From assembly GCA_013115145.1 (NCBI GenBank), contig JAAPAO010000002.1:186001-250000 (forward strand): a stretch of DNA of 64,000 bases, written 5' to 3'. The DNA comes from Perkinsus chesapeaki ATCC PRA-425 (lineage: Eukaryota > Protista > Perkinsozoa). Of the stretch, positions 37,917 to 51,526 are shown one piece after another. How positions within the stretch are numbered: the first letter of the stretch is position 1; every line of letters begins with the position of its first letter. A model generated the notes under the pieces. It made no database searches and was not told where the DNA came from. It saw nothing but the letters and a program-made list of their open reading frames with translations. The translations under genes were made by a program, and so were the position numbers.

Positions 37917-39410
37917 TCACAGTTCGTCCTCAGATGAGAGATCCGCAAATGGATCAGCTGGTGTGAACTCCGCGCCGACGTTTACCTAAGCACACGTGCC
38001 AGCCGGATGACGCAGAGCAAAGGTAAAACTTACATTCTCACATCGGACAAAACAGCCGTACCCTGGCCTGAGGAAGGCGACAATAGGAACGAAGACCAAA
38101 CTAGAGGTTACCCATTGGGGCAGGTAAAATATTCTTTACCATCTGGACCTGTACCATCCGACTTTCCCTGAGGCTCGTCCAAGCGAACCCCAATCCATGT
38201 GCCTGGCATATCATGTAAATAACGAGCTGGAAAAGTGTGGTCGCCCGGAATAGCAATCCAATTATCTGCGCCATATACCAGCGCTTTTCGTGTCAGACGA
38301 AAAGGGACACGAGTCGTGTCTACTTTATATTCGCTCATTCACGCGTAACTACATGTGGGCTTGCAATTTCCCTACCATGTCGCCTCGGAGGCAAGCTCAC
38401 GTCGTTTTACACATACACCGGGTCCTCGTACGCGTATTCCTCCCCAACCCCCCCAGGAGATACAAGCTTACCCTTAGGGAGGCCTCGAACAGGTCCAAAA
38501 TATGCCACTTCTCCACGGCGGCCTCCAGGGTTCACTTCGCAGCGTGATCCAACCGTGTACCTGCCAGTTACCATGTAACATTTACAAAAACACTTTCCTT
38601 TTCTTTTTTACGTTTCCTGAGCATTAGTTGGCGTAGGCGGCCTCTCCGGGACAGTAGCATTCTGGCTTTCTGAAGTAACACGAATACCAACGGCTGCTCT
38701 GGTACGAGCACGGTAGGTACCGTTCTCAGTTTGCTGAGGCCCGAACTTGAGCTTGAAGTCAGGGTTTACTTTCCTTTTCTCTCGAATGTAGTGTCTCAAG
38801 GTGTTGGTACGCTTATCATAGGTCTCGTCGTCCATGACGTATTTATCAACCTACGCACTTGCCTTGGGTGAGGCGCAGTCAGCCTGGAGGCCCATACGAG
38901 ATCTAAGTTTTCCAGGGCACCCCCAGCTGAAACACTATATGGATCAGTGTCCTTAATGTGGATCGAGTCGCCGTTCTGAGCCCCGAAATCTCTGACGGAA
39001 GCATCCGAGGAATAACCCGACGCCAACGGCTTTTGCTACCTCAGAGTGAGCTTGTCATCGTAGAGGAATATTGAACTGCCATCTCCGCGTCTTAGAAAGA
39101 GCTGCATGTGTTCAACAGTGGTACCATTCCTTCGGTATAGCTTTTGCTTCACCGAACCTGAAGCGAGCAGTGCCTGCCTGCATTAGTGAAACTGCCGAAA
39201 GTACTGATAGGCGCATCCACGCATAATGTGGCATCGTGGACTCGAGCTTGCAGATTACTGTGAGTAACATCCACGCGAATGAAGCCATCAGCTAAACCAT
39301 CGTATCTGTGCGTTGGTAACCGTGCTACGGAGAATTACTGGAGATCACCTTGTATGATCGGCAGCTGTGACGTAGTCTCTCAAGCCACTTGTGAGGGGGT
39401 GCATAGTCAT
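37917..39410 (-). CDS. TBCB: Tubulin-folding cofactor B (UBL + CAP-Gly)
   Basis: RVDVTHSNL, SVKQKLYRRNGTTVEHMQL, IHIKDTDPYS, KYVMDDETYDKRTNTLR, WIGVRLDEPQGKSDG...YFTCP, acidic end SEDEL*. Confidence 0.93.
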
Positions 39411-39573
39411 TTTTATAATGCTGTACTACTGGAACCATCTTGCACCGCTTGCAGAACGCAAGGCTGGTCTGGAGAGAATACTTCAATTCGCCGGCATGAC
39501 GATATTGTGAACATAGCCGAAAAGCACACACAGAACTGTGACAACTCGAATGTTACACTCGGTGTGATCTGCC

Positions 39574-42207
<2,634 letters not shown>

Positions 42208-42259
42208 GCCGCAAGTAGATGCGGTAGATGACTAACTCAGCACCCCATGGTGTAGAAAG

Positions 42260-43258
42260 AGGAATCAATTCTCTATGTTAAGCAGTCTACATGCCTGTTG
42301 TTCATCGCATGTCAACTCCACCGATATAGTCCCATCAACTGAGTCTGTGGATTGCACTGAACGATCACCACGACCTGCTAAAGACGCCATCCTTTCTCGG
42401 AACATCTTGATCAACGGCTTGTAACTGCTCGAAAGCCTAGTGGCTGGAAATGCTAAGAAGGGGTATCTACTTTAATAGAACATCCATTCTCTCGAAAATA
42501 ACTCGGTCGGGTTCTGTCTTCTTCCACTTGCTTAGTTTCACTGATACTCCCACAAGCTCAGCTACCATAAATCTTAGGAATTGCTCCAGAATGTCCAAGC
42601 CTGGCTCGTTACAGTCCATCTCCCACCGCACCTCCGGTAACGACGCACCCACAACATCATCCAAGCCGTTTCGGGAGCTCCTGGGAACGTCCACGAGTAC
42701 AGGACAGCAGTACCCATGAATTACAAATGTTGCCCGAAGCCCGTAGGAGTACCTGGCCGACCCCAAAACTGACGTAGGATCCACTGCCAAAATCCAACCG
42801 ACCACCCAGCGAGAATCAAGTAATCGGAGGCCATTGAGGGATACGATTAGGGCATCCACCTCACACGTTTCGGAAGACCCACACTCATTGGTCAGGAACC
42901 GCTCGCTGCCAACCGACAGTTTCTCAGCAGAAATGCATGGATAGGCGTTATGGGCCACCTCTGCAGGTCCCAACCACCAAGACTCAACACTGGTCCCGTG
43001 CTTGAGTACGCTTAACGAAGAGTTCCTTTTGCTAACCACCAAAGAGCTTCCAACTAGTGCAGATCCAGGAAAGGAATCGACGAATTCGGTGAAACTTTCT
43101 GTAGTTCTCTCTGGTCCTTCGAGCAAACTATGATGTGCTAAGGTTAAAGCATCTTCCCTTTCTGAAACGGCAGAGTACAAGCACTGTGAACGGTCTTGTG
43201 CCATCATAAAACAAACTACACTACCGGGCCTGCGCAAATCTGCACGCATGCGCATCAT
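42260..43258 (-). CDS. Hypothetical protein
   Basis: 263-aa ORF 42467-43258 plus a probable downstream exon; the true start may be MMAQDR near 43207. No family recognised. Confidence 0.6.
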
Positions 43259-43345
43259 CGCAAACGACCGCCGCGCGGCACATGCTCAATGAGCATGTGC
43301 ATGAGCATCGCTCATGGAAAAAATTTTCAATGAAAAATCCATATA
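43231..43345. promoter_or_regulatory. Palindrome-rich divergent promoter region
   Basis: Inverted repeat gcacatgctca-a-tgagcatgtgc (43278-43300), atgagc-atc-gctcat, ccgcgcgg and GCATGC, all lying between divergent genes. Confidence 0.5.
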
Positions 43346-43541
43346 ATCTACACTGGCCGGTCCCGCAGTATATAGCCACGTGACTTGGCAATATACCTCA
43401 CCCTAATTCGGGGAAAACCAACTCATTTTAGCACTCAAACGCTAACACCGATTGGTAGACAGATTGCACAATCTGCTAGCTAAGCAATTCAGCTAAACCC
43501 AAACAAACATTTCCATCAAACATACTCGAGATATTCTCATT

Positions 43542-44036
43542 ATGGTACGTATCGTAGCTGTCACCGTCGCTTCGGCTCTTGCTATTGCTTTGAGTGGATG
43601 CAGCTCTGACTCTACCTCCAGCAACGATTCTACTGCGGCATCGCCGACAACGCCATCAGCAACGGGAGCTGGTCCTTACGACCCTCAGTACCCTGACTAC
43701 CCTGTGGTCACTACAACTCAATCTCCTTGCCCAATCGGAGACGCCTTCTGTCAGTCCCAAACCGTAAATGGTGGCGACTTCAGTAATTCCTTCTGTAAAT
43801 ATTGGCTCACCAATCAGGCCTTCTGCCAGGGTCCCCCAGGCTCGACTGATCCCCAGCAGTTAAATGTTCCTTGCGAATGCCCTAGCTTGGTGACTTCTAC
43901 TGTAACAACAACTACGGTTCCTACCACTAGCTCTTCGACGGAGCAAACGACTTCGTCACCACGCACTGAAGTAAGCACTTCCTCACCCTCAACGAGTTCC
44001 TCTACTGAAGCAGCAAAGTCTGCGGGTCAATTCTAA
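43542..44036 (+). CDS. Intronless surface/secreted protein: lipobox-like signal (LSGC), 6-Cys domain, Ser/Thr mucin-like stalks
   Basis: MVRIVAVTVASALAIALSGC; domain CPIGDAFCQS...SFCKYW...FCQG...PCEC; flanked by S/T/P-rich tracts. Confidence 0.85.
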   Translation: MVRIVAVTVASALAIALSGCSSDSTSSNDSTAASPTTPSATGAGPYDPQYPDYPVVTTTQSPCPIGDAFCQSQTVNGGDFSNSFCKYWLTNQAFCQGPPGSTDPQQLNVPCECPSLVTSTVTTTTVPTTSSSTEQTTSSPRTEVSTSSPSTSSSTEAAKSAGQF

Positions 44037-44149
44037 GACGTTTCAACTGTCGCTGATAGTCTCTTGTTGTGTCAGCATTCACAGTCGAGTGGGATATCAG
44101 GCATTCTTGAGGGCATTAAGTCAACTCAGCACACTACTTACAGACAATA

Positions 44150-45693
44150 CTACGTTAATAGCTCGACAGTAGGGGGCAGTGATGGGAAGTCATTCAAAGA
44201 AAAGTCGGCCTTCTTGTAGGCCGCTATGTCATTGTCAGAGAGGCCTGCTGTCGGTCTGATCTCCGGAATGAGACTTAGAGATGCCTGCGGAATCCATGCT
44301 GGCATCTTGCTCATGAGCATGCCAGGGCGAGATACTAGGTTGTCTGGCCATGGCAAGTCAGGGACAGGAGGCGCTTGCCTGGAGCCAAACGGGCCTTCTT
44401 TGATTGCCCCAAATGGCGTCGGCTTCCCGCCTGTTGAGCCGCCGAATTGCCCGAAGGGACTCGGACCAGTTACTGCGGTGCCGCCAAATCCACCAAACGG
44501 TGATGTCGATGACGAAATAGATGATGGTACACCCCCAAACGGTGAAGGCTTGTTGGTCGCCGTGCCACCGAATGGTGAAGGCTTGGACCCTTCGAAAGGG
44601 GACGGCTTAACTTGGCTCGTCGCTGCGCCGAACGGCGATGGGGCAGTAGTCCCGGCACCGAACGGTGAGGTAGACTTCGAACCTCCATTGATTCCAAAGT
44701 ACTTCGACAAAGAAGGCTTAGGGACGATCTTCTCGAGGCTCGCTTCTGTCTTAGCTATCGTCTCCCTTAAATGCTCGTTCTGAGGATCCTGGAACCGAAG
44801 CTCCTCGAAACTCAGGTCAATTCCAGGAGGCGTCAGATTCCCTTGACCATCAGGTCCGAACGAAGACAACGGGTAGAGGTCGCCCTTGTTGAATGCAGCT
44901 CCAATATTCTGGAAAGCAACAATCCGCAGCCTGCATCAATGAACACCTTACTTCCCTTATTTTCCGGTTACTTTCATCGGGTGCCAGTGTCCCGCCAACT
45001 TTCGCTGCCGCGAAGGTTCCAGATGGTGGCTTAACCACTCCAGTCGAAATGCTGGCACTGGAAGTACCAGCAAATGTGCTACCGGAGCCGAACGTTACAG
45101 GCGCGCCTGCCTGTCCGAAGGGCGATGGCGTTGAAGCCGAACTACGTGCAGTGGCCCCAAAGGCACTGGGGGTTGTACTGGTTGCCGTGCTTCCGAAAGG
45201 GCTCGGAGCGGCATTCGAGGTTCCTCCAAACGGGGAAGGTTGACTGCCAGCGAATCCCCCTGAGGATGCGGCCCCACCGAAGGGAGATGGTTTGGTTCCC
45301 CCGAAAGCGCTAACCCCAGAACCTTGGCCACCGCCGAATGGAGAAGGGGAGGGCGCAGCACCGCCTCCAAAGGGGGACGGCGTAGGCGTGGCCGCTGATC
45401 CGAAAGGTGAGGCCGATACGTGGCCGGCGGGCGCACTTCCGCCGAATGGGGATGCCGAGGCTGTACCTTGAAGGGAAGCATTCGGACTGTTCATCCCATC
45501 TGCTTCAACCTTACCTCCGAAAGGATTGGATACTGATACTCCTTTTCGCTGAGCATGCACAAACTTACAGGAATCTCCGTACCGGCAGGTACCCTGAAAG
45601 ACGTCATAGGTGGTGCGCTACTTGAGTTATTCTGGCAATGCTTACGGTTTCCTCCCAACTACGGCACGGTTTATTATGATGCTTCGAGGGCAT
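44150..45693 (-). CDS. NUP42: FG nucleoporin NUP42/NUPL2 (CCCH finger, SPFG repeats, Gle1-binding C-terminus)
   Basis: Spliced N-terminus MPSKHHNKPCRSWEET|GTCRYGDSCKFVH (C-x8-C-x5-C-x3-H); many SPFG repeats; IDLSFEELR; C-terminus LSDNDIAAYKKADFSLNDFPSLPPTVELLT resembles human [30 protein letters not shown]. Confidence 0.85.
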
Positions 45694-45956
45694 CGGGAAA
45701 GCAACTAGAAACACAGTACGCGCCAACTGAACGCTACAGAACTAGTTTTAGTATTTTGATAGCAAATATGACGCGACGAAGCATCAAATGCATTGAGCAA
45801 ACAAATATGGCTATCGTTTAATTGTATAGTCAATTCCAAGAGTCAAACTCAGAACATCGAGTATGCCGTGAGCACGGATCGGGTCGACGGTTTTGGGGCA
45901 CTGCAATCTATAAAAGATTAAACCAAAATCAGAATTAAAAATGTAACGTACTATCC

Positions 45957-47048
45957 TCAGCTAAGCTTCCTCGGTTTCTGCTTCAAACTAAACGGCTTAT
46001 CGTACTCGAGGCACATATCCACTTTGTCTATTCCTTGACCACAGGCTTGAAAGTACACAGTGTGCCCTGCCCAAACTAGATTTGGACACCAAGGCGTCTG
46101 TAACCAAGCAACTGAGATCACAACCTCGCCTCTGTTGAGGTCAACTACCTCGAATCGTGCGAGATAAAATACTTCAGATTCGGCATGCCAACTGTGTGAG
46201 CTATGGCGAACAATGGCCAGAAGCGGCGGAGCATTTTCATCGTGGTATCGGAATTGTTCGTCGAGCTGCGAGCTCTGAACCACAGCCATTTGCCGTACTT
46301 GTCCGCGGAGCTTCATATTACGCCATCCTTCGCTTTCTTCATTTGTCGTCCGCAACAAGAGCGTTTCCCCAACACAAACAACCGTGCAAAGATTCTGAGG
46401 CCTCTCCATGAAAGCCTCTAACAACATACGTCTGAAATTCAACGCAGCTTGGATTTCTTTCGAGAAGTCCAGGCATGCGACCGATACCGTATGTCCTCGG
46501 ACAGTCAGGATGGTTATGCCGGAGCATTGTTTCGCCGAATCTTGAGGTAGAGAACCGAACACAATATGGCTTCCTCGGCTCACCATAAATCCCGGCGGCC
46601 GCAAATAGTCGGGTACACTCCATAGTGTGTGAAAGTAGTAAGGAGACTCTCGATGGCGGATGCAAAAAATCTGGCGGCCACGAAATGCAAAGACACACCC
46701 AAGAGTGGAGTTGATACAGAACGCGTCGACAGGGTCAGCGCTAACCATTCCAAGGCCTTCACCTTCTCTATATTTATACAGCCCACCACGTTGGGCGTCA
46801 TTCTGGAATGTAATCAAGATAGAATTATCCCAATCGTCGACGCAGAAGTGTCTCACCCACAAACCGGCTTGCGCAGAGACTTCAAGCCTTCGCGGTGACT
46901 CGACGGTTTCGTCAACCAACTGAACCGTACCAGCCTCACGGAGAAAGCACCATACGCCTCGGTGGAGGACTTCCGGTAAATCATGTGGTGCAATCCGATG
47001 AAGCGAAGATAAATACATAGCTAAGCGGTCTGTCATTATAACCCGCAA
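45957..47048 (-). CDS. Intronless 363-aa hypothetical protein, possibly an F-box-like helix plus beta-propeller
   Basis: Single ORF; LPEVLHRGVWCFLRE resembles an F-box helix and the remainder has short beta-strand-like segments. Confidence 0.65.
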   Translation of the reverse strand: MRVIMTDRLAMYLSSLHRIAPHDLPEVLHRGVWCFLREAGTVQLVDETVESPRRLEVSAQAGLWVRHFCVDDWDNSILITFQNDAQRGGLYKYREGEGLGMVSADPVDAFCINSTLGCVFAFRGRQIFCIRHRESPYYFHTLWSVPDYLRPPGFMVSRGSHIVFGSLPQDSAKQCSGITILTVRGHTVSVACLDFSKEIQAALNFRRMLLEAFMERPQNLCTVVCVGETLLLRTTNEESEGWRNMKLRGQVRQMAVVQSSQLDEQFRYHDENAPPLLAIVRHSSHSWHAESEVFYLARFEVVDLNRGEVVISVAWLQTPWCPNLVWAGHTVYFQACGQGIDKVDMCLEYDKPFSLKQKPRKLS

Positions 47049-47238
47049 TAGAAGCAGGGTAGGAAGTGTAAATAGTCAGAACTAAGCAAACCATTGCCAC
47101 AGCTGGAGGCCCTTTCGGTTCCTTTCTTCATCTGGAGGTGTTACTCGTGCGGTACGAGCCGTGTCCAAAATGGAAATGATCGACAACATGGCTCAATACG
47201 AATAAAGGAAACTGTCAGTTAGTCGTGTCAGTTTGGCC

Positions 47239-49737
47239 TCACATAGTGAAGATGTTAGAGAGATGCGTCCGGGCGAACCGTTCGCACTCTTCTTGGCAGC
47301 GAACCAATGGCATCGCCGGCTTGGCAAGCATCAAGTAAAACTCCCGATTCAAGGGGGAAGCCTTAGCGCATACCCATCCCTGAGGCAAAGCAATCAAACC
47401 TGAAAACCGGCTCCCTGGTAATTACGTTTTCGGGCGACTTGTAGCAAATTTCACGGCAGCGGCTTCCCCGGCATAATCCAGGAGCATCTAGCGACTGTTC
47501 GTCATTCACCTGGACAACGGATCAGATTATATTAGCAAATGCCACAATTATACCATAATCTGGCGCAGCGTGCTGAACAGCACTAAATCCTCCGGGCTTG
47601 ATTCGTTTCCGATCAGAGCCGTTGGAGCATCATCGCTCAGTGACGCAGCCCCATCATTCGACACTCGCAGTGCGTGATTGGTATTGTTTGCATATACGAA
47701 CCTTGAGCAGAGGGACAGTTGGTTAAATAGCCATAGGTCATAAGGTTTACTTGGAGTCATCGGGTACGCTCATTGCTTGATCAAATTGCTGCCGCACCAG
47801 GTGAGCGACCTGGCTCACGCTCTTGGACTCTGACACCCACTGCTGTAACGCAGCGAACAGCTCGGCATCCGATTCCTAAAGAGCGTATACGCGATAGAAG
47901 ATAGAAGGAGGCTTACTTTTGAAGGGGTAGGACTCAAAACTAGCACAAACATAAGTCCATGGTATAAAAGAGAAACTAGTCGACCTCGCCCAAGGGAGGG
48001 AAGATGGACCATCGGGATGTAGCCGCCGTCAGCCGAACCTCTATCTGGGCCGAAGAGATACCTGCGGTGCATGAGGAGCGAAAATTCAAGTGTACGAAGA
48101 AAGCTGGCTTAAGTTACGTTCCTGCTTCACCATCTGCCATGTCTTCTGTGACGTAGTTCGACTTGGCAAAGCACTTAGAGCGTTCGTCGCTTCCCTCATA
48201 AGGTGGCTCACACAGTTTTGTAGATGACACAATTGTAGTAGGGGTGTCAGAACGGAAGCTAAGTAAATCCGTAAGAGAGAAGAGCTAAGATGCCTGCTTA
48301 CCCAATTATGCTGGTGGAGACAATGTACGAGTAGAGAATCTTCATATCTTCTAGAGGGATCGAAGAGTGCAGCAAATGTGCATCGAACAGTACCTGACGA
48401 ACTTGTCCATATAACATCCTGGATGAGCCTAAAATGTCCACTGAGCTTACGGCGGATGCTATGATATCCGGATGCTTTTCCTTCAGCGATAGCAACATTG
48501 CTTGAATCAAGACTAACGTATTACGCTCGACCGGAGCTAAGACAAGTATCCTATAACTCAACTAATGCATCGAAATGTTACATACCATAGCTAAAGCCCG
48601 TCAGTTCATTGAAGAGTCCCAAAGGGCCGTAGCCAACCACCTCCATATATCTGCGTTCACAGCGTACATCATACTCAACTTTATTTTACTCACGATGGTA
48701 TGAAGTCATCCATGAGACCGACCAGTGCACTTATTGAACTAGCGCGATCATTTCCCACATCCAGGAACCTAATATACCGTTATCACACCTTCAAGTCGCT
48801 CAGATGGCTACTCTCTCATGGGTCCATGCAGCAAAGTAAAAACTTCATGAGCATTCGACAAAACCGCTTGCAGTAATGGTCCAGAAAGATGAGGATCCTC
48901 ATCAATCTCGTGTGACTGGACACATCGTGTCTGGTGTTGACGCTGAGTCTCCGCGTTGGAAGCCCCTTCGGGAGAGGAAGGTATGGATTGACCTGCCACG
49001 GATATTTTTAGATAAAACGTGGAAGTTTTTCTCACTCGAATCCGCTCCGCGTAAAGGACACCGTTGGACGACCAGCGTGAACCATATATCCTTCTCTACC
49101 TGATTACAAGCGAGTCGCGACATGGCTCAAATGAGCGCCAACAAATGATACACATACCTGTTTCACAGAAATCGCGAGGTCGCGGGTGGTTATCAAATCC
49201 ACGTCATCGTCCTCGTCCCCATCGTTCCGAAATGCCTGCGCGAAATGGACAACACCTTCGATCAGTGAGGCCTGGGTCCGTTGCTCGATGGCTGAGTGTT
49301 CTCGCGATGGACTGAAATGCGTCAAGTGGGCCAGCACGGCCAATGCATATCGCGTACTAGTAATAAATGAGCTTCGCTTGAGCTGTGCGGGAATCGTCGT
49401 CCTCAGCCGAGGCAAGAAACTCTTCACTTCGGTCCTTCACTTCCAACACAGGGCTGTACACAAAGAATGATCTAAGAGAGCAACCAAAGGGCATCGCATA
49501 ACCGATAAAGCAGCTGACGCACTTCACACTTTATCGTTGGCCCTCCACAAGCGTCGATAGACTCGACACTACTCCTCTCGTCGTTCTGCGCGGAAAACCA
49601 CCGCCGCATTTCAAAAGAAAGCTGCTAAAGGCCATCTGTTGCGCGGGGTGACTAGTGCAAATCGAAAGATCGCCCACTGGAATATCTTCCGTACTCCTCA
49701 GCTCGACTGTTTCTCCACCAGATTCCATACAGTTCAT
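47239..49737 (-). CDS. CCZ1: Vacuolar fusion protein CCZ1 (Mon1-Ccz1 Rab7 GEF subunit)
   Basis: SFFVYSPVL...AKLIYY|YPSREH...SLIEGVVHFAQAF, EVEKDIWFTLVV, LLQAVLSNAHEVFTLLHG, end EECERFARTHLSNIFTM*. Confidence 0.78.
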
Positions 49738-49773
49738 AACACGACAGTATGGGTAAACAGAAATCGCTACTAT

Positions 49774-50384
49774 TTAAGAAATGAGAGTTATGGGCCGGGT
49801 GATAAGTACAGACACTATTATATGACTTGAATAACTACACAACCTATTTACAAGCTTCCCAGCAATTACAGTCAAGGTCCCAAACATACGTTCACGGCTT
49901 GGCTCGCCAATTCGTGGCAGCAGATACAAAAGAGTAAAAGTGGAACCACAAGTAATAACTCTGGCTCGCGTATATACACCTGTGACCGCGAAACAACGCA
50001 CACTTTGCCCTCAAAAAGCAGATGACCTAAGTCTACATATGACTACCTACGGCAAGTGTGCGAGTAATGTAACATTCTTCCAACGAAGACGGTGATCACA
50101 ATGTGCACAGACGAGACTCGAAAAAGGAGAAGAAAGACGCAGGCTCGGGTGGTACCAAGACACCAAGCGACCGACGCCCATAATATCTCCTCACAGACGG
50201 ACATGAAGAAATAGAACGAACGACCTGGCAAGATGCGTCGGAAGCCCGCTATGCTCTTGCATGACAAGGTTGAAACAAAGCATAGAAGCATGAGTTCCTC
50301 AAAATATGAATACAATAGCCTAGTAAACGGCGGGTAACAACCAGCAATATAGCTCGAAGTACGGGCCGGATACAACAATGGCAC
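49774..50384 (-). CDS. Possible small hydrophobic/membrane protein
   Basis: Hydrophobic ORF 50043-50384 and a possible second exon; support is weak. Confidence 0.3.
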
Positions 50385-50401
50385 AGAAATAGTTTCTTGT
50401 T

Positions 50402-51154
50402 TTAGGCAGAGATATTCATCTCCCGCTCCTCTTCGAAACCGAAACGAATTGGTCGAAGCCGCCGACTCGGCTGATACAAAGCCGTCGAGTCACCGATAGC
50501 TTCAACCCTACCGATTGTATTAGAGCTAACAGCATCAGCTTGGCCAGAAGCATCGTGGACTGTAGGGGGGCAGCTCATACGTTCCGCCAAGTTGAGCAAA
50601 TCTTCAACAGAGTCAAACTCCCTGACGACGCCATCTCTGGCGCTGTCCAGAGCAGAACAGCCGTCGAATGTTTTGGTAGGTATAGTAGTGTGTAGGACTT
50701 CTCCTACGGGAGACGTTACATGGTAAAATGAAATTTCTTTGCAGCCGTCAAAGGAAACGCTCCGAGAGGCGGCCCTCTGCTCATAGCTCACCGAATCATC
50801 AACTGAGATCCCAATAGATGTGTCAGCTGACATAGTAGAACACAGTCTTTGGTTTCTAGCAGCATTGAGAGAAGCTCGTCGCAGCCATCCCTCCTCATCC
50901 TTAGGGGTAGGATCGGACACTATCTCGGGTGAGAGGGTCATCCTCACGGGCGCAGAACAGGCACGACTGTTACATCCAAATGCAGGAATTGGTAGCAAAC
51001 TTTTGATACCGCTGCACTCATCCGGTGACTGAGAATTAACAGGACGAGATTCGAGTGTGGGGACTGCATCGGCCGTGGACAACGGAGTCGGATCAGCACT
51101 GTTGTAGTCAAAGGATTGAGAAGATCTGCGGGGAGTCAGAGGTAGAAATAGCAT
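50402..51154 (-). CDS. Intronless 250-aa Ser/Pro-rich protein with RVxF-like motifs
   Basis: Single ORF, largely low-complexity; contains RSVSF and RPIRF. Confidence 0.7.
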   Translation of the reverse strand: MLFLPLTPRRSSQSFDYNSADPTPLSTADAVPTLESRPVNSQSPDECSGIKSLLPIPAFGCNSRACSAPVRMTLSPEIVSDPTPKDEEGWLRRASLNAARNQRLCSTMSADTSIGISVDDSVSYEQRAASRSVSFDGCKEISFYHVTSPVGEVLHTTIPTKTFDGCSALDSARDGVVREFDSVEDLLNLAERMSCPPTVHDASGQADAVSSNTIGRVEAIGDSTALYQPSRRLRPIRFGFEEEREMNISA

Positions 51155-51526
51155 GGCGGGATCAATAGAGTGAATAATACGCTGCGAAAGATGCTTCTAG
51201 GAGAACGCACGAGTTCTGATAGAGCCAAACGAAAATCAGAGCATTAGAGAGGAGAAAGTCGTTAATCACTTTTGGCACGACAGACAGGTACAGACTCTCA
51301 GTGACGGAAGCACAAAGCTGTTCGCTGACTATGATAGGCATTGAGCATAAGCATTCGAAATGGAGCCGCGGCATCATGCTCGGTCACTGTGCGTAGAGTA
51401 TAAGTGCACAAAGACGCTCTTTCCCCAACCGTCTCAAGTTCAACGGGATTGTAGGGAGCATAAAGGGTCTTCGAGCAATGACCAGACAGGCTCTTTACAG
51501 GAGTTTAATGAAGCATAAAAGAATCA

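Noticed and set aside
44300-45500. Recurring ccgaa(c/t)gg/ccaaa DNA words resembling a spaced repeat array
   Set aside because: They are codons for SPFG nucleoporin repeats with variable third positions, not CRISPR or satellite DNA.
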